This document shows, piece by piece, positions 1-12,249 of a stretch of DNA of 64,000 bases. The DNA is from Macrostomum lignano (Eukaryota), in NCBI GenBank assembly GCA_002269645.1, contig NIVC01001481.1, positions 186,001 to 250,000 of the forward strand. The letters run 5' to 3'. Made by a program: the position numbers and the translations under genes. Every line of letters begins with the position of its first letter. Within the stretch, counting starts at the first letter, position 1. The notes below the pieces were generated by a model. The model did no database searches, was not told the DNA's origin, and saw only the letters and a list, made by a program, of their open reading frames with translations.

Positions 1-1
1 C

Positions 2-3000
2 AGACGCCTCAGCCCCGAGGAGGGCCTCCACAAGCTGCAGCAGATGGAGTCCAGCACAGGCCTGTGGGAGATGCAGTGCTGGCTGCAGCTCACCCAATCC
101 GCTCTGCACATTGTTGATCGGCGCAACGGCGAACTGATGGAGCAGTTCGCTTTGGCTCGGATCCGACAGCCCGTGGCATTCGAAGGCGGCGGACCTCGCG
201 GCTACGACAGTATCCTGCTGTTCAGCATCGAGGAGCCGACCGGCTCGTGGGAGATGCATATCTTCAACTGTCCGCTGGCCGCTAATTCGGCATCGCGCAT
301 TGCCAAGGAGATTCACCAGCTGCTGCAGGGCGAGCGCCTGCCAACGGCTGGTGAGCAGCCAGTCAGCGCCCTCGGAGGAGGTGGCCGCCAGCAGCGTCAG
401 CAGCCGCCGCATCAGCACAACCTGCAGCCTGGGAGAAATTTCGCTCCGATTGCAGAATCCCGTCTGGCACCGTTGGGAGAGGGCGGCGGGCAGCAGCAGC
501 AGCAGCAGCAGGACTCGGAGCGGCTAGTGCACATTCTGAACCGCTGCTTCGACGAGATTGAAGCCTTCGTTGGACGAGTTGGGGAAGCAGGTCGAGCTCG
601 CCAGATGCTTCAGGTGCGTCCTAAGTTGATGCAGCTTATTTGAACTCTTTGAACTCAGAGGTCCCGAATCTGAAATCATGGATACCGAATCTAAAATCAG
701 AGATCCCGAATCTGAAATCAGAGATCTCGAATCTGAAATCAGAGATCCCGAATCTGAAATCAGAGATCCCGAATCTGAACACAGAGATCCCGAATCTGAA
801 GTCAGAGATCCCGAATCTGAAATCAGAGATACCGAATCTGAAATCAGAGATCCCGAATCTGAACTCAGAGATCCCGAATCTGAACTCAGAGATCCCGAAT
901 CTGAAATCAGAGATACCGAATCTGAAATCAGAGATCCCGAATCTGAAATCAGAGATACCGAATCTGAAATCAGAGATCCCGAATCTGAACTCAGAGATCC
1001 CGAATCTGAACTCAGAGATCCCGAATCTGAAATCAGAGATACCGAATCTAAAATCAGAGATCCCGAATCTGGACTCAGAGATCCCGAATCTGAAATCAGG
1101 GATACCGAATCTGAAATCAGCGATCCCGAATCTGAACTCAGAGATCCCGAATCTGAACACAGAGATCCCGAATCTGAAATCAGCGATCCCGAATCTGAAA
1201 TCAGAGATCCCGAATCTGAAATCAGAGATCCCGAATCTGAACTCAGAGATCCCGAATCTGAACTCAGAGATCCCGAATCTGAACTCAGAGATCCCGAATC
1301 TGAACACAGAGATCCCGAATCTGAACACAGAGATCCCGAATCTAAACACAGAGATCCCGAATCTGAAATCAGCGATCCCGAATCTGAAATCAGCGATCCC
1401 GAATCTGAACTCAGAGATCCCGAATCTGAACTCAGCGATCCCGAATCTGAACACAGAGATCCCGAATCTGAGCTCAGAGATCCCGAATCTGAACTCAGAG
1501 ATCCCGAATCTGAACACAGAGATCCCGAATCAGAACTCAGAGATCCCGAATCTGAACTCAGAGATCCCGAATCTGAACACAGAGATCCCAAATCTGAACT
1601 CAGAGATTCCGAATTTGAACTCAGAGATCCCGAATCTGAACACAGAGATCCCGAATCTGAACTCAGAGATCCCGAATCTAAACACAGAGATCCTATTATA
1701 TTATTATACTATACTATTATTAAATGATTATATAAATGCTCATGTAATCGCAATCCTTCAAGCTTGCCAAGTTACCTATCCAAACTCTAACCTTTTTCAG
1801 TCGGGTCAACCGCAGGTAAATAAGATAGAGCAACAGCTCGCCAAATATAGCTTTGTATGTTTAGTTTTGCTTTTCCTGTAGTTAGAAATTTCACCTTTTT
1901 TGAAGATAGATTGACTCAATGAATTTTAATTACGATTATGGATGATGACCTGAATAAGCTTTTTGTTCTGATATGTGTCGACAGGTTCTTTTACGCTTGT
2001 AGTATCTATAAGTAGCATTCACAATCTACAATCCTTAAATATTATTATACTACTAACTCCCCTACTAAATATCCAAGTGATAAATTGTATTATCGTATAT
2101 CCTGTCTTTTTTTAGTTTTCGTAGAAAAGACGATATTTAATCATTATTTCAATTAATGTTGTTTTACATCAATAAAAACAGAGGCGGTGAGCTGAGGACA
2201 GGCTGGTAGCAGAGGTCAGCTGAGGACAGGCGGGTAGGGTAGCAGAGGTCAGCTGAGGACATACGGATAGCAGAGGTCAGCTGAGGACAGGCGGGTAGGG
2301 TAGCAGAGGTCAGCTGAGGACATACGGATAGCAGAGGTCAGGTGAGGACAGGCGGGTAGCAGAGGTCAGCTGAGTGCAGGCGGGTAGCAGAGGTCAGCTG
2401 AGTGCAGGCGGGTAGCAGAGGTCAGCTGAGTGCAGGCGGGTAGCAGAGGTCAGCTGAGTGCAGGTGGGTAGCAGAGGTCAGCTGAGGACAGGTGGGTAGC
2501 AGAGGTCAGCTGAGTGCAGGCGGGTAGCAGAGGTCAGCTGAGTGCAGGTGGGTAGCAGAGGTCAGCTGAGTGCAGGTGGGTAGCAGAGGTCAGCTGAGTG
2601 CAGGCGGGTAGCAGAGGTCAGCTGAGTGCAGGCGGGTAGCAGAGGTCAGCTGAGGACAGGCGGGTAGCAGAGGTCAGCTGAGGACAGGAGGGTAGCAGAG
2701 GTCAGCTGAGGACAGGCGGGCAGTAGCACCGAATCACTAAGGCAGCAATCAGTGATGAGGCACCAATGAAGCAGCAGCATCCCCAAACTTTGCCCACCTC
2801 AGTCGGGCTCGGCGCAGAGCCGCGGCCTGCTTCAAATGCGCGCCCGGATGCCGGCAACCGAGCAGTTCGTTGAGACGCTGAAGAAGGTCAAACTGGCGCT
2901 GAATCTGCTCGGCCGTCTGGAAGGTCGAATTCACCAGCCCAATGCCCCCGAGCTGGTGCACTTTCTGTTCACCCCGCTGGCTGTGCTGGTTGACTCGCTA

Positions 3001-6000
3001 GGCGGAGTTGACCTGCCATCCAGGGTGCTGTCGCCGCTGCTCACCCGCCAGGCCATCGCTCTGCTCAAGCACTGTTTGAGTTCGCGCGAATCCGAACTGT
3101 GGTATTCGCTTGGCCCGGCCTGGACGTGTAACAGGCAGCAGTGGCTGCAGGAGCACGGCAGGCCGGACCAGGTGCCCGACTACCGACTGTGCTTTCAGGT
3201 AGGCATTGCCAAATTAATAATTTAATTAATAGTTGCTAAATCCCGATAGATCAGTCCCTATAGATCAGTCCCGATAGATCAGTCCCGATAGATCAGTTTC
3301 GATAGATCAATCTCGATAGATCAGTCCCGATAGATCAGTCCCAATAGATCAGTCCCGATACATCAGTCCCGATAGATCAGTCTCGATAGATCATTCCCGA
3401 TAGATCAGTCCCGATAGATCAGTCCCAATAGATCAGTCCCGATACATCAGTCCCGATAGATCAGTCTCGATAGATCATTCCCGATAGATCAGTCCCGATA
3501 GATCAGTCCCGATAGATCAGTCCCGATAGATCAGTCCCGATAGATCAGTCCCGATTTCCGTCAGCTCGTCTCGTACCAAATAGTCCCAGCGGTAGGAACT
3601 AGCCATTCTCATTTTTTGCATCTGTTGCCCCTGATTGCAGGACGGCTGGGAGCCGCAGCTGGACCCGGAGCTGCTGGGCCAGGAGGACGTCGCCGCGCTG
3701 CCCTCCCCAATTTTTCAGGCGCCGTCGCCGAGGGTAAGAAGGCATTTGTGACTTCAGTGTCACTTGACCTCACTTGACCTCAGTGTCACTTGACCTCAGT
3801 GTCACTTGACCTCAGTGTCACTTGACCTCAGTGTCACTTGACCTCAGTGTCACTTGACCTCAGTGTCACTTGACCTCAGTGTCACTTGACCTCAGTGTCA
3901 CTTGACCTCACTTGACCTCAGTGTCACTTGACGTCAGTGTCACTTGACCTCAGTGTCACTTGACCTCAGTGTCACTTGACCTCACTTGACCTCAGTGTCA
4001 CTTGACCTCAGTGTCACTTGACGTCAGTGTCACTTGACCTCAGTGTCACTTGACCTCAGTGTCACTTGACCTCAGTGTCACTTGACCTCACTGTCACTTG
4101 ACATCAAAGCCTCCCAAGTCGCTAGGAATATATTATTTTTTTTAATGTTGACAATAGTAAAATCATTTTTTTATTTCGAGTATTTTTTGTCTGTTAGAAA
4201 TAAACTTACTATTTTATCTATTCCAGATCAAATAGCGGTTTCTGAACAGAATATTCAAATTTGACTTTCTGTTTAGCAAAGCTCTCTATGCTCAGATATT
4301 TTACCTTTTTTGCGATTATACTCTTATTAGCTTGATTTTGAATAAAAACTTGTTTGTCTTAGAATTTTTTATGCAATTGTTTCATTAGCGCAAACTCTGC
4401 GATGTACCTATTTAGTTCCTAATTAGTTCCTTGGCTTTCGGTCCGTGGGCTTTTAACTTATCACTGTCGTTGTTAGTCATTACTATTTCTTCTACTTAGC
4501 TATGGCCTAAACACGGTGGATTGTGACCCAAAGCACTGTAGGTTGTGACCCACTACACTGTAGGTTGTGACCCACTACACTGTAGTTTGTGACCCACTAC
4601 ACTGTAGGTTGTGACCCACTACACTGTAGGTTGTGACCCACTACACTGTAGGTTGTGACCCACTACACTGTAGGTTGTGACCCACTACACTGTAGGTTGT
4701 GACCCACTACACTGTAGGTTGTGACCCACTACACTGTAGGTTGTGACCCACTACACTGTAGGTTGTGACCCACTACACTGTAGGTTGTGACCCACTACAC
4801 TGTAGGTTGTGACCCACTACACTGTAGGTTGTGACCCACTACACTGTAGGTTGTGACCCACTACACTGTAGGTTGTGACCCACTACACTGTAGGTTGTGA
4901 CCCACTACACTGTAGGTTGTGACCCACTACACTGTAGGTTGTGACCCACTACACTGTAGGTTGTGACCCACTACACTGTAGGTTGTGACCCACTACACTG
5001 TAGGTTGTGACCCACTACACTGTAGGTTGTGACCCACTACACTGTAGGTTGTGACCCACTACACTGTAGGTTGTGACCCACTACACTGTAGGTTGTGACC
5101 CACTACACTAGATTGTGCTCGAAGTTTCAAAGTGTAAAAGCAGATTCACCAATGGCTATTTTTGCATAAGGCAGTCAGGTGTGGGGTTTACCAGCCTTTT
5201 AAATTACACTTGCTATTTAGCACAATAAATAGGTGTGGCTATTTATTATTTAAAAGTACATCTTGATCGATATTTACCGCCGCGCCGTTCTCTTGTCTGA
5301 AAAGGCGCCTCGCGGAATCGGCGCCGGCGCCGCCTACAGCGGGCCAAACAATGGCGGTGGCGCGTTCGAGGCGCACCAGTACCGGAAGCCGCGCCCCATC
5401 AACTCGGTGGTTGTGCCCGACCAGATACCCGGCTTTGACGCTGTCGATCAGGACGACCCGCCGCCTTCAATGCTGCGCCGCTCATTCCAGCAGCCGCCAT
5501 CGCCCTCGCCTACCCCGCCGCCGCCTCCGCCGCCACCGCCGCCTCCGCCGCCGCCACCGCCGCCTCCGCAAGCTTCTCAGCCGCAGCCTCGCTATCATCA
5601 TCAGCAGCAGCGGCCAGGCAATCAGCAGCAGTTTGGCCAGCTGGAAGCTGCGCTTGTCAACCAGCAGCAGGATGTAAGTTTTAACTTCAGTAAACTCGAA
5701 ACTTCCATAAACTCGAAGCTTTCATAAGCTCGAAGCTTCAATAAACTCGAAGATTCCATAAGCTCGAAGCTTCAATAAGCTCGAAGCTTCCATAAGCTCG
5801 AAGCTTCAATAAACTCGAAGCTTCCATAAACTCGAAGCTTCCATAAGCTCGAAGCTTCAATAAACTCGAAGCTTTCATAAACTCGAAGCTTCCATAGGCT
5901 CGAAGCTTCAATAAACTCAAAGCTTTCATAAACTCGAAGCTTCCATAGGCTCGAAGCTTCAATAAACTCGAAGCTTTCATAAACTCTAAGCTTCAATAAA

Positions 6001-6541
6001 CTCGAAGCTTCCATAAGCTCGAAGCTTTCATAAGCTCGAACCTTTTGAGCTCGTAAAATCCACCTCTAAATGACACCTACTGTCAACTACTTCTCGAACA
6101 CCCACCCGAACCTCAAAACCGAAAAATTCTCAGGACCTTCGTCGCCGCCAGATGGGAGCGGTGGCGAACGCTGCGGCAGCCGCCGCGGCCGCTCGTCAGT
6201 CGATGCTGGCGCCGGACAGCCCGCCGACTCCGCCGCACCAGCCGCAGCAGCACCGGCGGCAGCCAATCAATGCCGGTTACTATCCAAACCAGCACCAGCA
6301 CCAGCAGCCTCTCCCGAGCAGTTGGGAGGAGCAGCAGGAGCAGCTTCGGCGCGAGGCCGAACAGCGCGGCAGCCGGTTGGTGCAGTCGATCCACGACAAA
6401 ACCGGCCGCAACGCTAAGGAGCTCTCGGTGCGTCGAGGCGAAATTCTTGAAGTTCTGGACGACTCGCGCAATTGGTGGCAGCTGCGCAATTGCGTTGGGG
6501 AAGTCGGACACGCGCCCTACACCATACTGCGGGTGCTGTAG
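2..6541 (+). CDS. EPS8: EPS8-family adaptor (PTB domain, EPS8 central region, SH3), 5'-partial; exons <2-613, 2803-3198, 3641-3733, 5305-5673, 6134-6541
   Basis: The translation has PTB-like LHKLQQMESSTGLWEMQCWLQL and the EPS8 signature LLQMRARMP..KKVKLALNLLGRL..PNAPELVHFLFTPL. It also has CFQ/DGWEP and SH3 HDKTGRNAKELSVRRGEILEVLDDSRNWWQLRN..GHAPYTIL. All four introns are GT-AG, phase 0 and frame-consistent. Family assignment is from recalled EPS8 motifs. Confidence 0.88.
642..1693. repeat. 21-bp minisatellite GAATCTGAAATCAGAGATCCC, ~49 copies (EPS8 intron)
   Basis: Direct periodicity in the sequence. Confidence 0.97.
2186..2720. repeat. ~28-bp minisatellite GCAGAGGTCAGCTGAGTGCAGGCGGGTA (EPS8 intron)
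   Basis: Direct periodicity. Confidence 0.95.
3241..3555. repeat. 14-bp minisatellite TCCCGATAGATCAG (EPS8 intron)
   Basis: Direct periodicity. Confidence 0.95.
3748..4102. repeat. 16-bp minisatellite GTGTCACTTGACCTCA (EPS8 intron)
   Basis: Direct periodicity. Confidence 0.95.
4520..5112. repeat. 22-bp near-perfect minisatellite TGTAGGTTGTGACCCACTACAC, ~27 copies (EPS8 intron)
   Basis: Direct periodicity. Confidence 0.97.
5686..6045. repeat. 17-bp minisatellite AAGCTCGAAGCTTCCAT variants (EPS8 intron)
   Basis: Direct periodicity. Confidence 0.95.
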
Positions 6542-6682
6542 GCGTGGCCGGACACGCGCCCTACACCATACTGCGGGTGCTGTAGGCGTGGCCGGATACG
6601 CGCCCTACACCATACTGCGGGTGCTGTAGGCGTGCCCGGATACGCGCCCTACACCATACTGCGGGTGCTGTAGGCGTGGCCG
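6505..6682. repeat. 44-bp x4 tandem duplication of the EPS8 last codons and stop
   Basis: The unit CGGACACGCGCCCTACACCATACTGCGGGTGCTGTAGGCGTGGC starts at 6505, 6549, 6593 and 6637. Confidence 0.95.
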
Positions 6683-7904
6683 GCTCCTTGATAAAGTAAT
6701 CACATTGAGTAAATACCGAGCATTCATTTAAAGCCGCAGTCAATCAGATTCAACCAATGCTTCTACTTTCGTCTATGGTCGAAACGCCGCCTGAGGTCTG
6801 TGGCACAGACAGAGCATTGAATTCAAGAACACAGACAAATGGAGCTGGACAGGCCACCAGAACACACGAGGTCTGACAGTTTAGTAGTCACACTTGCAGA
6901 CTTGTTCACAAAATATACAATTTTTTGTTAAATTGTTCCGAGGTTAAAGTCTGAAATTCAATGGGTTTTGGCCATAGACAATCGGCGAATCACGGGTTGA
7001 AGATATCTGGCCGCGTCTGAAACTGAATGCTCAACTTCTTGAATAAAATGAATTATGAAATATAGCTGGCACCAGAAAAGCAGGAAGTTGTTCCAATCAA
7101 CCCATGTATACTTTGCTTTCTTTCCTGTGATGTCTTTAACAAGTATTTTCTCACATTTTTTCTGCAACTAACGCGCTCTTCATGCTACTCACTCCAATCA
7201 CTTCCAACAGTAGTCTATAAAAGGCTATGGTAGTTGGAATTTTATTTACCTATTCCCGATTTTTTGGTTAACCAGAAATCCACTGGACTTCCTGAAGTGT
7301 TTCGCTGCTCAAACCTTAATTATCTGCTTGCCAGAGCCTTTAAATCTTTGTCTGTGTTTTACAGATTTGTCAAAGAAAGCCGAACAGCTCTTTTTCTCTG
7401 GAATCTCAAATCTCTTAGCGTGTTGTTGTTTTTTTAAATTCTAACCAAATAAAACATTCCAATTGTTCCTCTGTTTTGCCGTTGAACTCGGCGTCCACTG
7501 ATTTTTTTGCGACTGGTTTACTAATACATAACAAGCTGTATTACTGAGTGGAATTCACTATTTACCTGCTGATGTTGTTTCTGTATATCTACCTGCTTTA
7601 TTTGTGCGTTAACATTTTCGGTCTTTAACTTTAACAATTAAATGTACCGACAAGAAGTGAACTGGTGCCTTCAGTTCTTGCTTTGTTTTTTCTTAAACAT
7701 TTTTATAAAGTAAAATACAGATGAACAAAAAATTAACAAATCTGCTATTGTCTTGAGCTGAAGCTAAAATTTATTTTTAAAAAATGAAACTTATTCATTC
7801 TTCTGTTTTCAATCTGAAATCTCATCACAGTTGAATCAATGAGACAGTGATAAAATTATTTTCCAAATAGAACATCCTGTAGTTTAGTCGGCTTGTTATA
7901 AGTG

Positions 7905-8615
7905 TTAACTCATAACAAGTCGGGTCATAAATGAGTTGGAGTCGGGTCATAAATGAGGTGGACTCCTGTCATAAATGAGTATGAGTTGCATCATGAGCTT
8001 GAGTCATGTCATAAATGAGTATGAGTTGCATCATGAGCTTGAGTCATGTCATAAATGAGTTGGAGTCTGATCATGAGCTTGAGTCATGTCATAAATGAGT
8101 TGGAGTCGGATCATGAGCTTGAGTCATGTCATAAATGAGTTGGAGTCGGATCATGATCTTGAGTCATGTCATAAATGAGTTGGAGTCGGATCATGAGCTT
8201 GAGTCATGTCATAAATAAGTTGGAGTCTGATCATGAGCTTGAGTCATGTCATAAATGAGTTGGAGTCGGATCATGAGCTTGAGTCATGTCATAAATGAGT
8301 TGGAGTCGGATCATGAGCTTGAGTCATGTCATAAATGAGTTGGAGTCGGATCATGATCTTGAGTCATGTCATAAATGAGTTGGAGTCGGATCATGATCTT
8401 GAGTCATGTCATAAATGAGTTGGAGTCGGATCATGAGCTTGAGTCATGTCATAAATAAGTTGGAGTCTGATCATGAGCTTGAGTCATGTCATAAATGAGT
8501 TGGAGTCGGATCATGAGCTTGAGTCATGTCATAAATGAGTTGGAGTCGGATCATTATCTTGAGTCATGTCATAAATGAGTTGGAGTCGGATCATGATCTT
8601 GAGTCATGTCATAAA
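7905..8615. repeat. ~40-bp satellite CATGAGCTTGAGTCATGTCATAAATGAGTTGGAGTCGGAT upstream of AK1
   Basis: Direct periodicity. Confidence 0.95.
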
Positions 8616-9115
8616 TTTGGTACTAATAGCGACTGCTTACTACTTAGTAAGTCTACATTCAGTTTCTAAATCTAAAAAAAATTCCTACCCCTACTATGCA
8701 CTGTTGACGTTAGCGACACAAACCCCTTCCTTTTGCACTGCAGTTATGAAATTTGCATTTCCACTCTCTCTCTCTGCGCCTTGGGTTCTGCAGTGTACAG
8801 TATTTTTTCATTATATTCCTGTACAGCCAAGGCCTGTGGGTGTACATGGCGGTCGTGTCTCGTGCTCGTCACTCACGTCCAAACCTCCCTCCCCCCCTAT
8901 AATTACGACCTTGCAGTGTAGTGTGGCTGTTTGAATGGGCATAATCAAGACAGAAAAAGGGTTCGTTTATAAGCAATTCTTTTTGCATTATATAGCCATT
9001 TAACTTGTGAAGTTTCAAGTTAACACGCCAGAAAGCAATTCATTCAACACACTTGGGCATCTTTTTCTTTCTTTTTCAATTGAAAACGGCTTTTTAGGCA
9101 TTAATAATCAGTATC

Positions 9116-12100
9116 ATGTACAAGAACTTCAAGAATTCCCAAGCAGCATCCGGTAAGGCTTTTTTGGTTTCAAATTTTAATTATCAGTAAAAACTGATTC
9201 TCGTGCGCTTAAAATTGTATTATGAATTGATTTTTTCAGGAAATTCTCTTCAGAAAGCAAAAGTGATTTTTGTTTTGGGTGAGTCGCAGTTTACACAACT
9301 GGTATTTGAACTCGGGCGGATTTGTGGGCTGAGCAGCCCGTTCTAATGCTGACTGAGTTTCCGTGTATTTATTTTGGGTACATTCATTAATTAATGTGCT
9401 GGACTTAAGTTATAAATAAGCTGGAATCTGGTCATGAATGAGTTGGAATCTGGTCATGAATGAGTTGGAATCTAGTCATGAATGAGTTGGAATCTGGTCA
9501 TGAATGGGTTGGAATCTAGTCATGAATGAGTTGGAATATAGTCATGAATGAGTTAGAATCTGGTCATGAATGGGTTGGAATCTGGCGTCATAAATGAGTT
9601 CGAGTCGGGTCATAAATGAGTTGGAGTCAGGTCATAAATGAGTTGGGATCGGGTCATGAGTTGGAGTCAGGTCATAAATGAGTTGGGATCGGGTCATGAG
9701 TTGGAGTCAGGTCATTAATGAGTTGGAATCAGGTCGTAAGTTGGAGTCAGTTCATAGATGAGTTGGGATCGGGTCATGAATGAGTTGGAATCTAGTCATG
9801 AATGAGTTGGAATCTGGTCATGAATGAGTTGGAATCTAGTCATGAATGAGTTGGAATCTGGTCATGAATGGGTTGGAATCTAGTCATGAATGAGTTGGAA
9901 TATAGTCATGAATGAGTTGGAATCTGGTCATGAATGGGTTGGAATCTGGTCATGAATAAGCTGGAATCTGGTCATGAATGAGTTGGAATCTGGTCATGAA
10001 TGGGTTGGAATCTGGCGTCATAAATGAGTTCGAGTCGGGTCATAAATGAGTTGGAGTCAGGTCATAAATGAGTTGGAGTCAGGTCATAAATGAGTTGGGA
10101 TCGGGTCATGAGTTGGAGTCAGGTCATTAATGAGTTGGAATCAGGTCGTAAGTTGGAGTCAGTTCATAGATGAGTTGGGATCGGGTCATGAATGAGTTAG
10201 AATCTGGTCATGAATGGGTTGGAATCTAGTCATGAATGAGTTGGAATCTGGTCATGAATGAGTTGGAATCTAGTCATGAATGAGTTGGAATCTAGTCATG
10301 AATGAGTTAGAATCTGGTCATGAATGGGTTGGAATCTAGTCATGAATGGGTTGGAATCTAGTCATGAATGAGTTAGAATCTGGTCATGAATGGGTTGGAA
10401 TCTAGTCATGAATGAGTTGGAATCTAGTCATGAATGAGTTAGAATCCGGTCATGAATGGGTTGGAATCTAGTCATGAATGAGTTGGAATCTAGTCATGAA
10501 TGAGTTAGAATCTGGTCATGAATGGGTTGGAATCTGGCGTCATTAATGAGTTCGAGTCGGGTCATAAATGAGTTGGAGTCAGGTCATAAATGAGTTGGGA
10601 TCGGGTCATGAGTTGGAGTCAGGTCATTAATGAGTTGGAATCAGGTCGTAAGTTGGAGTCAGGTCATAGATGAGTTGGGATCGGGTCATGAGTTGGAGTC
10701 GGGTCATTAATGAGTTGGAGTCAGGTCATAGATGAGTTGGAATTGGGTCATGAGTTGGAGTCAGGTCATTAATGAGTTGGAATCAGGTCGTAAGTTGGAG
10801 TCAGGTCATAGATGAGTTGGGATCGGGTCATGAGTTGGAGTGGGTCATAAATGAGTTGGAGTCTCAAACCGGCCGAACCCAAGGCGGTCCCGGCAGCGGC
10901 AAGGGCACCCAGTGCGAGCGCATTGTCAAGGACTACGGCCTGACCCACTTGTCCTCGGTGACCTGCTCCGCAGCGAGGTGGAGTCCGGGTCAGCTCGGGC
11001 AAGCGGCTCAAGGACATCATGGAGCGTGGCGAGCTGGTGTCCCTGGACATTGTTCTCGAGCTGATCCGGGACGCCATGACCAATAACGCGTCAAGTCGTG
11101 GGTTCCTAATTGATGGCTTCCCGCGCGAGCTGGAGCAGGGCGTCCGCTTCGAGAAGGAGGTGGCGCCCTGCCAGTTTGTGCTGTTCTTCGACGTATCCGA
11201 GGCGGTGATGCAGCAGCGGCTGCTGAAACGAGGCGAGACCAGCGGCCGAGTTGACGACAACGAGGCCACTATTAAGAAACGGTTCCACACCTTCCAGGAG
11301 CTGACCAAACCCGTGATTGAGCACTACCGACAGCAGAGCAAGGTTGTGCAGGTGAGTGACGTGTTCGAGGTAATCAGGTACTATAGATCTGCTAGCTATA
11401 GATCTGCTAGCTATAGATCTGCTAGCTATAGATATGCTAGCTATAGTAGCTATAGATCTGCTAGTAGCTTTAGATCTGCTAGTAGCTATAGATCTGCTAG
11501 CTATAGATATGCTAGTAGCTATAGATCTGCTAGCTATAGATATGCTACTAGCTATAGATCTGCTAGCTATAGATCTGCTAGTAGCTTTAGATCTGCTAGT
11601 AGCTATAGATCTGCTAGCTATAGATATGCTAGTAGCTTTAGATCTGCTAGTAGCTATAGATCTGCTAGCTATAGATATGCTAGTAGCTATAGATCTGCTA
11701 GCTATAGATATGCTACTAGCTATAGATCTGCTAGCTATAGATCTGCTAGTAGCTTTAGATCTGCTAGTAGCTATAGATCTGCTAGCTATAGATATGCTAG
11801 TAGCTATAGATCTGCTAGCTATAGATATGCTAGTAGCTATAGATATGCTAGCTATAGATCCGCTAGTAGCTATAGATCTGCTAGCTATAGATCTGCTAGT
11901 AGCTATAGATCTGCTAGTAGCTATAGATCTGCTAGCTATAGATCTGCTAGTAGCTATAGATCTGCTAGTAGCTATAGATATGCTAGCTATAGATCTGCTA
12001 GTAGCTATAGATCTGCTAGTAGCTATATAGATCTGCTAGCTATAGATTCTGCTAGCTATAGATCTGCTAGTAGCTATAGATCTGCTAGCTATAGATCTGC

Positions 12101-12249
12101 TAGCTTCCAACTATTCTCAGTCGCGTCAAAATGAACCACTTGTAAATAAGATAATAATGAGTTGATTTTCAATCCAGATTGACGCGTCAGGCTCTGTGGA
12201 TGCCGTGTTCAGCCAGGTGAAGTCGGCTCTGGAATCCCGAGGTCTTTGA
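9116..12249 (+). CDS. AK1: Adenylate kinase (AK1-like), frameshifted as assembled; exons 9116-9152, 9240-9278, 10884-11351, 12178-12249
   Basis: Spliced translation gives [23 protein letters not shown] (P-loop), [46 protein letters not shown] and [14 protein letters not shown]. Intron phases are 1,1,0. One G is missing at ~10957 and one at ~10998 for a continuous frame. The start exon is less certain. Confidence 0.85.
9415..10862. repeat. 22-bp family satellite (CATGAATGAGTTGGAATCTAGT / CATAAATGAGTTGGAGTCAGGT) with higher-order blocks, AK1 intron 2
   Basis: Direct periodicity; the marker GGAATCTGGCGTCAT recurs near 9578, 10006 and 10530. Confidence 0.95.
11378..12105. repeat. 15/18-bp minisatellite AGCTATAGATCTGCT(AGT), AK1 intron 3
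   Basis: Direct periodicity. Confidence 0.96.

Noticed and set aside
524-1881. Long ORFs (293-413 aa) on both strands over the 21-bp array, and similar ORFs over other arrays (27528-29542, 40219-41082, 48223-48927, 59147-59827, etc.)
   Set aside because: They arise because stop-free repeat units keep frames open. They lie in introns or intergenic DNA, are open in several frames and strands at once, and have no domain content.
4520-5112. CRISPR-like appearance of regular short repeats (this and other arrays)
   Set aside because: Units are head-to-tail without unique spacers, there are no cas genes, and the context is eukaryotic.
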